A DNA stretch of 64,000 nt from NCBI GenBank assembly GCA_002811645.1, contig PDIP01000012.1, forward strand, positions 187,635 to 251,634, in the 5' to 3' direction. The position numbers and the translations under genes were made by a program. This stretch comes from Corallochytrium limacisporum Hawaii (taxonomy: Eukaryota > Protista > Pluriformea). The notes beneath the pieces were generated by a model. The model made no database searches and was not told where the DNA came from. It saw only the letters and a program-made list of their open reading frames with translations. Shown one piece after another: positions 34,400-44,257 of the stretch (position 1 is its first letter; each line of letters opens with the position of its first letter).

Positions 34400-36811
34400 A
34401 TGGCAATGCATTTGTCAGCGGAAAGCATACCTGGTCAAGATGACCCCGATTTCGATGTCCGCGTCATGCGCAGAAAGTCCGGACGGGCCCGTCCAAAAAG
34501 CGCTGGGAGTACTCAGGACGTAAGGGAGATCTTCACCAGCGAAGATGATATTGTGGACGCGTTGGATCAGGTAGTAATGGAAGCCGATATGGATGCACTC
34601 TCATTGCCAGACGACGATTTTGGACCGTATGATGAGGAGCAGGAATGCTGCTGTGTGAAAATCCAAGCTCAAATACGGTGCTGGTTGGCGTGCAGGGGGG
34701 TGAAGCGTATCAAACACAGGAGGTACATTATCGAGGAATTATTGGACACAGAGCGCAGCTATGTGCGGGTGCTAAAGAACTTGGATAAATGGTACCACAA
34801 GCCCCTAATGGCATCCCTGAACCGAACTCCCATCCTCAGTAAGAAAGAGATCAGAACCATCTTCACGGGAGTCGGCGATATGTTGGAGGAGCACCAGAGT
34901 CTGCTGGATCATATGACGGAGCGACTGCACCGTCAGTATTTTGGAACATGCATTGGTGATCTGTTTAACACCCTCTGCCTACGTCTCGCGGAGGTGTACA
35001 CAGAGTACATCAACAATTTCGAGAGCCAAAGTTTCACCCTTAAGGAAGCTCGGGAGAAAAACCAAGCATTTGTGCGTTTTCTGGGCGGGAAGCGTGACTT
35101 CCACGGACACAGGGACGATATTGCGGACCTTTTAATCGCACCAGTGCAGCGCATCCCGCGGTACCTGTTGCTGCTCGAACAGATCCGTAAGTACACGCCT
35201 CGCTGGCACCCGGACTTCCAGCTGCTCAGTGTTGCTCTTCTGGACATTCGTAAACTGGCGTCCATAGTCAACGAGCGCAAGCGTATGGCAGAGAAGATGG
35301 CAATGTTAGAGGAATCTATGATTGGCTTCACAGATCGGCTGAGCCGGCCTGACCGATTCCTGGTTATGCGTGTTGACGTGCTGGATACGAAGCGGAAGGA
35401 CAGGTGTCTGTTTCTTTTTACCGACTGTCTCATTATGGCGACACCGAAGCGGAAGAAGACGACTTTAGACCGCAGGCTGGTGGCGCGCCTGACAGAACGG
35501 GACACGAGTACCACCGACACGGATTCCCAAATGACGGACAGCACAGGACCTGGCACCACTTCCAGCTTCGACAATGTTCCAGGTGAACGTGAGCTGTTTG
35601 AATTCAAGTGGTCTATGGATATCAAGGATATTGATGCTCATCCGACCGACCCCATATTCCCGAAGGCCAGCCCGCGTTACATCAAGAACAAGAGCAACGC
35701 AGCTGCGGCTGACATCATGGACGGATGCCGCATTGTGAACTGGTACCTATGGAAGGACAAAGACAAGGCGCAGCTCCACTTCTTCTTTATCGATACTAGC
35801 GTTCGTGACCAGTTCGTAGATGAGATCAAGAAGGCACGTCATCGATACATGATCCGACACGCGGAACAGGGCGAACGGGAAGGTTCGATGATGTCTGGCA
35901 TCCTCAAGAAAGCCCACCGTCGCAGCATGATGGTCGGAGGGTCAGGCCCGGCGAATGGCAATGGTACCTCGTGCTCATCCACCCCAGGCGCTGGCGGCGC
36001 TGCGAGCACACAGGTGCTTCCTTCCACACCTCCGCTGGAGGAAGAGGATGAGGATCAGGAAGGGGAGCCGGCGACACGTCGGATGCCAAGTCCGCGGGCT
36101 CCTGGATCATCGTCTGATTACAATCTCATTGAGGAAGGGGAAGAAAGGGGGGACGTGTATCCTATGTCCCCGCAGATTGCGCGTCGTGTGATGACTAAAA
36201 ACATGATACCATCTGTGAACACCTCAATGGAATCACCGCTATCGGACTATGGCCCACTGTCGCCAACATTATCCCCACGCGTTGGTGATGATGACGCTCC
36301 CAACGTAGACCGCGCGCCCACTGTGAAGAAGAGTGGCATCACTAGCCCAGGACTCCGGCGCAAGCTTTCCAAACTAATCCGTGCCGCCAGCAATGAGAAC
36401 ACCGCAGACCGATCACATTCACCGAAGGGCCCCAACAACCGACGATCCAGCGTGGATAGTTGCGCGCCATCCATTGCTCTGTCTGAAGTGGCTACGACTA
36501 CGGCCTCGAATGGCAATACGGTTACTATTCTCTCTCCACGCGGCAACATCCGTCCTGCTGCAATTCATGACGCACTGTTGAAAGAGCTTGACCTGCGGCT
36601 TGAGAAGGAGCGAAAGGCCCTGCAGGCACTGGAGAAGTACCGTGGCCTTGTCAAGGGCAAGGCTCTTCAGGACATCGAAGTGCAAATGGGTAGCTGCCAC
36701 AAAGCCATCCAAAGATTGGAAGCAGAGCGAGAGGCAGTTCTCCGCCAACGGGACCATGCGGCGCAGATGACGTCAAAGCCAATGCGCACTGTGAATGAGC
36801 AAGAGGTCTAA
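34400..36811 (+). CDS. Dbl-family RhoGEF with IQ, DH, PH-like and C-terminal HR1-like domains
   Basis: IQ motif KIQAQIRCWLACR; DH motifs ELLDTERSYV, YTEYINNF and LLIAPVQRIPRYLLLLEQIRKYTP; PH motif RCLFLFTDCLI; C-terminal helical hairpin. Confidence 0.92.
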   Translation: MAMHLSAESIPGQDDPDFDVRVMRRKSGRARPKSAGSTQDVREIFTSEDDIVDALDQVVMEADMDALSLPDDDFGPYDEEQECCCVKIQAQIRCWLACRGVKRIKHRRYIIEELLDTERSYVRVLKNLDKWYHKPLMASLNRTPILSKKEIRTIFTGVGDMLEEHQSLLDHMTERLHRQYFGTCIGDLFNTLCLRLAEVYTEYINNFESQSFTLKEAREKNQAFVRFLGGKRDFHGHRDDIADLLIAPVQRIPRYLLLLEQIRKYTPRWHPDFQLLSVALLDIRKLASIVNERKRMAEKMAMLEESMIGFTDRLSRPDRFLVMRVDVLDTKRKDRCLFLFTDCLIMATPKRKKTTLDRRLVARLTERDTSTTDTDSQMTDSTGPGTTSSFDNVPGERELFEFKWSMDIKDIDAHPTDPIFPKASPRYIKNKSNAAAADIMDGCRIVNWYLWKDKDKAQLHFFFIDTSVRDQFVDEIKKARHRYMIRHAEQGEREGSMMSGILKKAHRRSMMVGGSGPANGNGTSCSSTPGAGGAASTQVLPSTPPLEEEDEDQEGEPATRRMPSPRAPGSSSDYNLIEEGEERGDVYPMSPQIARRVMTKNMIPSVNTSMESPLSDYGPLSPTLSPRVGDDDAPNVDRAPTVKKSGITSPGLRRKLSKLIRAASNENTADRSHSPKGPNNRRSSVDSCAPSIALSEVATTTASNGNTVTILSPRGNIRPAAIHDALLKELDLRLEKERKALQALEKYRGLVKGKALQDIEVQMGSCHKAIQRLEAEREAVLRQRDHAAQMTSKPMRTVNEQEV

Positions 36812-36993
36812 TTAAATACAAAAATTGTCTACTTTAGTTTTTGGAATTAGTTTGCTTAATGAAACGGTCTAGCAGCGTCGTCTCATGTCTCTTCCGTGGT
36901 AACGCTTGGTTTGTGGGCTGCGACTACGTCACCACCTCAGCTGCCCCAACAGTAAGCTGATGGACACGCGCCGCTGACGGAACGTAAACCGCT

Positions 36994-39901
36994 TCAGTCC
37001 ATGTCCAAGATCTCCTTGCTGCCATCTATAGTAGGAAGATCCTCCTTCCAAAGTTGACGATAGCTGTTGCTGAGTTTGTCGTAGTACAGGCCCTTCGTGG
37101 ACGAGAGTAGTGGCAATAACTGCACAAGGATACGGACATAGGCCCTTGCCATCTCAAATGCCTTAGATTGCATAGCGTCGAGCATGTTGTTCCATGCCTT
37201 CTTCATGAACCAGAGAACCGTCTGTTCAAAGTACTCTGTACCATTTTGCTTTGCGAGCAAAAATACCTGGACTTGGTCTTCGAATAGACGAATGACAGAA
37301 CGTGCTAATGCATTGTCGTGTAATTCGACCACTCTTTGGCGGTACAGGGTTTCGGTGTGATGTTCATGAGCATCAGCCTTGGAGAACAGTGCCAGGCCGT
37401 GCTCAAACGCTGGCAGGAGGATGCGTTTGCTGGCAGGATCCTCAAATCTGGTCAGGGGCTGCAAAATGATGTGGAAATTGTTGCGAGAAAGTTGAGGTGG
37501 TTGCGACTTGGTCAAGTCGATCAAAGATTGTATCCTTGTTTCTGCTGTCCGGTAGTCCCTAGCATGCAGCAAGGCTGCCATTTCCACACCGACGTAAGCA
37601 CAATGTTTCACATCGTCGCATATAATTCTTTCGTATGTGTGGTCGCCTTTTCCGACGCCAGCCATAGACCGGAAAATCTTGCACGAACGAAGTATTGTCT
37701 GCAAGAATTCGTCGTCCGGTCGAGCACTGGTTTGCAGGCGGTTGCGAATCATACGAAGCATTTCAGACAGCAGGCCAACGCTTGAATTGTGGTGCTTTGT
37801 GCATTCGTTATGCTGTCGATGCGCTCTGATCCACGTACACATGTCACATACTATCAAGGTGAGCCGAAGGAGGGTATGGTAAGAGACACCATCGTCTTCG
37901 TCGATGGTCTCTCTCAGTTTCTCCGCCACAGCTCTACCGAGAGCAGACCGAATGTATTCCATTTCAGTCAGTGCATTCTCTTTCTCTTTTTCGTTAGCAG
38001 GTGTCTTAAGGAACTCTTTCGGCCTCAGTGACAACACTGCTCAAGGTTTCATCCAGATTGATCAAATCCACGATGCCACTGAGATGGGTGAGGGCAACTC
38101 GTAAGTACAGTAGTTTTCTCGTAAGTTGAAGTCCTCGGATGCCGCACATTTCCGACACGAAGCCAACGAACAAAGGATACAGTTTTCGTTGCACTGTCCA
38201 CTGCAAAACTGATTCATACATGGCTTGTTTCTCGGTGTCATCAATGACATCAACAAGCATCAACTCTGAAACCATCTGTTTTGCTTCTTCCTCTTTGCCC
38301 AAACCAACCAGGCATTTGATGTGGGTGAGAACAACATCGGGTGAGTCACCTAAGCCAGTGGGAATCTTTAAAATCTCACCAATGCCATCTTCATATCTCC
38401 CCATGGATGCAAAGATTGTCGCCATGTTGGCTCGCAAAGCCATGATCAACCTTGGGTTGGGTGTGTCAATCGCTAGCAAAGTATCGCTTAAGGACATTAC
38501 AAGCAGGGCATCATCGTTCAGGCCGTTGAGTGATAAGCCCTTAGCCCATTCCCAAAGGTGACAACACATAGTGTATATCGTGTCTTCGTCCATTTCATAC
38601 TCCTCGACAATATCTTTGATAAGTGCATCAGCTTTGTTGCGAGTGCTAATAGACACAACCATAGTTTGATCGCTCTGTTCACGTATTAGTGCCTGGAGTC
38701 TGAGAAGTTTCACAGCCACTTTGGCTTTGCTGGACCATGCTTGCCCGACAGGGTTGGACAGACAACCATCCAGAAAAGAAATGATCAGATTGCTACACTC
38801 GAAGAAACCCTCTTCAAGTAACCATTTTCCAGCCTCAGAGTACCCCTCAATGTCGCGCTCATGGACAGGATCGCCATTTCTTGGAAGACACTCTTCCACA
38901 ACGGAACGAAGATCCCCTGTCCTGCCTGCTCCAAACTTGGCATTTAGAAGAAGCAGCCACTTCATTCGAGCACCGGGAGAAATCCAGTTACACAAGCAAT
39001 CCGTACGTAGAAGTTCCATCGTCTTCTTCAGCTCCATCTCACTTTCCGCGAGCAACGCGGCTTGCGTGACAAGGCTGACTAATTTTGCTGCTAGATCTCG
39101 CATGTTGGTCGGGTGTAGGTCACCTTGGCAGAGAATCATCAGAGCCCGTTGACTATATCGAGTCGCAACCTTATACTCTTTACCATCTAGTAGGCGGATG
39201 GTGCAATTGTGCAGCTCAATACAAAGGTCTTGTATCAGTCCTGCATCCAGGTCAAGGTGAATCAGTTTGTCGATAAGGTTTGCGCTTTCGGGTGCCTCAG
39301 CTCCCTCATAAGTAAAGGCGATCCTAAACTGGCCACGATACAGCTCAAACAATGCCTTTGTGTCATCTTTAAAGTTTAAGGTGTCTCCTTCACTTTCCTT
39401 TAATTCATGTCTTGCCTTCATCCAATATGTTTCTGCCGTGCGGAACATGTTGCGCACTGTTGTCACACCTCTTGCGCCTAGTTGACTTCTACAGAACCAC
39501 AGGGCATTTGCAGTTCGGACATGCATGTCGAAGAGTCGGCGATAAATATCCACACCTTGAAGTTTGTAGTTGACAATCACAAGCAAGGCACAGGCATGTT
39601 GGCGTAGCTGGGCCGCGGGGAGAAATGCAGACGTAGTGCGATCTTTCATAAGAATGGAGCAATTCCAAAGCTTTGTGCTAAGCGTCTTCATTTCAAAGGC
39701 ATCCTGGACATAGAAGTCAGTGGGAACCTGACAGTGATTGCTAACTTCACTTACCATTCCTCCAATGTCATGTGTCTGCTTTTCATATTCCTTTTCAACA
39801 TCAATTCCATCTTCCTTCTGCTGCACATACTTCAGCAGGCTCTCCGTCGCCTTGGACAGGTCCGCTAAAGTTGATCCCAGTTTACTCCTCAACTGTGACA
39901 T
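36994..39901 (-). CDS. TEX11: Meiotic TPR protein ZIP4/SPO22/TEX11-like, split by a +1 frameshift at about 38040-38006
   Basis: N-terminal KLWNCS...AQLRQHACALL and C-terminal WFMKKAWN resemble SPO22/TEX11 motifs; all-helical. Joined length is about 968 aa, in the range of known orthologues. Confidence 0.72.
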
Positions 39902-41030
39902 CTTGGATCACAAGAACAGATACATGTATTCAAAACTAATCAAAACTCACTAATACAGTGAATGAATGAGTAATGTGTAGATTTTCCATGTAGTGACCCC
40001 CGTGGCCCGCATAACCTGAAGCACAGGTTCATGTACCCATCCAAGGAACCGTTTTTGAGACCCGCTCCCGGTCAGACGGTGAGACCCACCGGCCGGAAAT
40101 ACTCTGCTCACCGGGCACCCTCAAATCTTTCGCGCCTTTACAAATAGGCCCCCAATAATCATCCCTTTGCTCGCCTTCCGCTGCCTGCTTCTCAGGAGTT
40201 GCGCCCGCAAAACTTTTTTCGTGCGTCTCAGCTACCAGGATTGCAGCTGCCGCTAAATAGTGAAAGTGGGACCAATAGTTTTGCGTGCGGAAGATTCCTG
40301 TCTGATGCCAATCTTGGCAGTATGTTGACCACTACTAACACGCTGGGTAGCGGGTGCGCGATTTGGAAGTCCAGACTCTTCGATTTTCATAGACACAATA
40401 TTAAGTGAGCGCCGCCGAAAGTCCTCTTCTTCGCCACGGCCTACAGCATTACCTCATCGCTGGGTGGGGGGGGGGAGCAAATCGCGCTCGCTCGTTGGGG
40501 GACAGGCGAGGGTAGGGGATCTGGGAGTGGGTTGAAGGGGTTGCAGGGAGGGCCAGGAAGAGAGACGGCACAGTAGAGGAAGACATAGTGCAGCAAGATC
40601 TTTTTTTTTTGAGGTGGCGGGTCGTCGGCAGAGCGATGAAGAAGTGGTGAGCCCAGACGGAGGAGCGGGCACTGAAGGACCAGGCGGGGGTGCCGGGCTG
40701 CCGTGGCTAGCGGTGAAACTATCGGCTACCGCAGTCGTCGTCGGTCAGTAGCCAGTGCGCGAACTTGTGAGTAGAGTTCTAGTCCATGGTTGTTCACGGA
40801 TTTCGAGGTATGGTGTGAACCCCTCGATATTGCGGTTGTTGTGCTGGTATAAATGTTATGTGGAAGAACCAAATAAAAATTCCCAGTCCTACTACATAAT
40901 CGCAATCGGACGCTATTCCAGCCAGCAGCTGAAGTGGGTGGTCGTGAGTTTTGGCGCGCTGGTCGCGCTTTCTGATAGCCGTCCTTGATCGATAACTAGT
41001 TTTGGAAATTAAATTCGAAGACGGGAAAGC

Positions 41031-41615
41031 ATGTCGATGTCAACCTTTTTCGAAGCATTGGAGGAATATATCCTTGCCTTGGCATGTCTGTTGGCACCGG
41101 CTGGGTTTGCTACAGTGATTTTGGCACTTTTACACCTACATGGTTCACACCATGGACATGGACAAGATCCTGGCACCGGAAGTGGAGGTGACCATCCTGC
41201 ACAGGAGTCACCAACAAGTCAACTGATCTCGGGGTTGCCTTTATTTATGGGGTCCTTAATATTTATCCTTTTTGTATTATGGCGGAAGCGTAGTCGCGGA
41301 AGTGATGACGATGAGGACAGCATGCCGTTCTTCGGATCAGACGGCCGTAACTACGGAACTGCACCTCCTACAAATTCAGAACCTCCGCCACGTTATGATT
41401 TGCTTTATGACAATGGTAGTGTCAGGTCTTTAATCATTGGAGAAGTGGAAGAAGAAGCACCTCCAGCATACGACGTCGAAAAGGCCGATACAGGTTCGCT
41501 AACAAATTCGGCTGGAACAGCTGCTAGATCACAAGTTATTGACCGGGTACAAACCCAGGATGAAGAGGACAGGGCAAGCATTCATTCCGCACCGGTATCT
41601 GCTATGAATCACTAG
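41031..41615 (+). CDS. Small two-TM protein with His-rich loop and two PPxY motifs
   Basis: Two hydrophobic segments, loop HLHGSHHGHGQD, stop-transfer WRKRSR, then PPRY and PPAY. Confidence 0.8.
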   Translation: MSMSTFFEALEEYILALACLLAPAGFATVILALLHLHGSHHGHGQDPGTGSGGDHPAQESPTSQLISGLPLFMGSLIFILFVLWRKRSRGSDDDEDSMPFFGSDGRNYGTAPPTNSEPPPRYDLLYDNGSVRSLIIGEVEEEAPPAYDVEKADTGSLTNSAGTAARSQVIDRVQTQDEEDRASIHSAPVSAMNH

Positions 41616-42050
41616 CGCATAGGCTCTGGACCAGGCCTATAATTTGAAGATTCGGACTGATCGAAGTTTGTTCTTGTTCGCATGTATTGTGTTTCGTGTA
41701 CAATGATATGAGAGACACTCCATTGACCCATAATGTCATGCTTAGCATTTATAATTTCAGACTATAAGATTATTTTAGTGCCCACCAAGTGTTCTCGACG
41801 TTTTCGGACGGGTCCGTGAGTCTCGAGACGGTTACCCTAAGTTCCCTCCCACTATATTTGCTGCTCCGTTTCCCCACCCTCCCCTGCCGGCCGTGAAGCT
41901 AACCAGTTGCATTGGATCCGAGACCTGTGGGAGTCTCATCGCGTTCGGAGGTATCTAAAGCGAATAGAAAAACCTTCCTCCAAATAGTCCACGCTGTATG
42001 TGATATACTATGCTTCTTTCTCATAACGCGGCTTGTGGGTGAAAGGAACA

Positions 42051-42501
42051 ATGAGCCAGAATCCTGACGAAGATCTGACGCGCCTGAGGTCTGAGCTGGT
42101 GACGTCCCTGTCCAAGATTGAATGCGAGTTCCAGAAAACGATTGTGGGTACCTAGCGATATATATATGTATGTTATTTGTTCCAAAAGATCATGTGGGAT
42201 TCTAACTATGTTAACTTTGCAGAACCCTTCCATTGATAAAGCGGATGAAGATCTCGACACTAGCATCTCGAAAGCGATCACAGACACCTATCAAGGGATC
42301 GCTAAGTTGTCACACGAGTTGCGCATCAAAATGATAAAGGACATCCATGATGCTTTCTTCTGTATCTACTCAAATATTGAGGAAGCTGAAAGTGTACTCA
42401 AGACTGTTGAACGAGTTGTCATATCCCAGCAAGCAGTTACAGCAAAGCACGAGCGCCTGACTTCTCGCAAGAATCCTTTCCCGTTTGTACAACAAGACTG
42501 A
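42051..42501 (+). CDS. Predicted two-exon helical protein, about 123 aa (exons 42051-42143 and 42223-42501)
   Basis: ATG in AACA-ATG context. A phase-0 intron 42144-42222 (GTGGGT...TTCTAAC...TTTGCAG) joins MSQNPDEDL...QKTI to NPSIDKADEDL...QQD in frame. Confidence 0.65.
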
Positions 42502-42516
42502 AATTTATGCCAGCGT

Positions 42517-43236
42517 CTACTTGGCTTCATGAGGTGATGCCAATTCGGTTTCATCCTCCTCGATATCATCATGCAAATGCCTAAGATGACTTAATTGAGC
42601 TTGCCATCCATTAGCCCTGCCCCAGCCTCGGCTCTTGATCAAGTCTGCCCTTGTCTTCCTGTGCACCTTTTCGATGACCTCGTTGGACATGGCCGAGAGG
42701 TAAGTAGCCCTTGAAAATTGGAAGCCAAAACCAACCCCTACGATACAGAAAATTATCATCATGACCAGGCCATTGTTAAGCACATCACTGCCCCGCATCC
42801 CGGCAGGGGCCTCCTTGTCGCGGTAGAACCACCGAGGATCTGCAGGTCCTGTTCCACTATCACCGTAGGCTTGTCTGCTTGCTTTGTGATAGTCCCAGAG
42901 GTTACCATGGCTGGGCGTGGCTGTCATTTCATAGTCATAGAGTGCCCGCGCATGTCTGTCACTGAGAATTTTGTATGCTTCGGACACCTCTGTAAACCGT
43001 TCAGACTCAGCTTTATTGCCAGCGTCTGGATGCAATTCCCTTGCGAGCGCATAGTACCTAGACTTAATCTCCTTTTCAGTAGCCCTTCGGGGTACACCTA
43101 AAGCCTCGTAATGGTTCTTGGCTCTCAGACTAGCCCGTGAGGTGTGGAAGCCATGAACCTGAGAACTTTGAGCCAGGCGGATCGACCGGCCATACAGGCA
43201 TTGGCGACATATGACTGGCGTGCTGCTAAATAGCAT
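42517..43236 (-). CDS. J-domain co-chaperone, DNAJC4-like (presequence, J domain, C-terminal TM)
   Basis: NHYEALGV, LHPD, VSEAYKILSD..R.LYD, TM GLVMMIIFCIVGVGFGF and an Arg-rich presequence ending GFHTSRASL. Confidence 0.88.
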   Translation of the reverse strand: MLFSSTPVICRQCLYGRSIRLAQSSQVHGFHTSRASLRAKNHYEALGVPRRATEKEIKSRYYALARELHPDAGNKAESERFTEVSEAYKILSDRHARALYDYEMTATPSHGNLWDYHKASRQAYGDSGTGPADPRWFYRDKEAPAGMRGSDVLNNGLVMMIIFCIVGVGFGFQFSRATYLSAMSNEVIEKVHRKTRADLIKSRGWGRANGWQAQLSHLRHLHDDIEEDETELASPHEAK

Positions 43237-43243
43237 TGTCGTT

Positions 43244-43465
43244 CTAGGACAAAATTTTGGTATAGTGGAATACGTCGCTTTGGTTCACATTTTGTTAGTA
43301 GTTTCCAAGCAGAATCATTGGTCCTTCTATTCTCTGTTCGCTGCGTCCGACTGCACCCCACAGTGAACCAATTCTTAGAGGTACATATCGCCAAGACAGT
43401 TTGATATAGTTCCGAAAATAGCCAACATGTCGTCAACAAAAAAGAGGACATCAACAAGATCATAC
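43244..43465 (-). other. Candidate 5'-UTR intron of the J-protein gene
   Basis: GTATGA at 43465, exact TACTAAC at 43300-43294, TAG ending 43244, 7 nt before the ATG. Confidence 0.6.
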
Positions 43466-44257
43466 GTAAGGTGTCGCGTGTGAAATATAAATCATTCGAT
43501 TTCTGCCGACAGGTCTATGATGGCAAGTGTTTCATGGTGATGTGACCCGCTGCTTCCCGGACGTCCGGCCTTCATTCGCTATCAACGCTCCGAACATTTT
43601 TTGCCAGGGGTGGGGTTCGCCTTGGACGTCAACCGTTCGCTGCTCCGCACCTCTGTACTCTGACTAGGTGGAGCGGGTGTTGGGGCGGTGGTTGCGCTTA
43701 CTCGATGAGCAATCGCTACTCGATCCGACCTCAAGGAAAAAATAAAGGCCTATGCTCACCGAGCAATTGACGGATTCGGGCTGGTCACATGCCCCCCCTC
43801 GAACGTCCCCGGAAAGAAGCGTCTGATTCGCGCACAAACTCGCAGTTGGGGATGACTAGGAAGTGGCATTAATATGTTGGGTACTGAAATCCGTATTTGT
43901 GAAATTGACGTTGGTCAGGAGTACCTATGGCCCCAAGACATGTTGACCAAACCCGACACGAGCGTATGCCATCAGCCGGGTGACAAAAATTATCCTAAAC
44001 GAATGAGTTGTATTTGAGAAGAAAATTAGGCCCCGATTTCGATGCCGGCGGTGCGGGATCCCGCATGAGATCCAGTTCGCAAGGGCGGGTTACCAACTAG
44101 CAGGTACGGGATGGGACAGGATCACAGTGCTCGAATTGCTATTTCGGACAGTTAATAGGGCAATAGGGAATCCTCAGCTGCTTGACTTCACAGAAAATTG
44201 AAACTTTGCCTTTTGTACTTTAGATAGGAACCGAACATGGACTAGTGGTGCAAAACC

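Noticed and set aside
37986-38219. Canonical intron explaining the ZIP4 split
   Set aside because: GCTAAC is present, but the nearby AGs are AAG/GAG in phase 0 or 1, and the only consensus-like donor (GTATGA near 38219) is phase 2.
40128-40960. E2F-like sites TTTCGCGC and TTTGGCGC between ZIP4 and the PY-motif gene
   Set aside because: Short motifs expected by chance; no independent support.
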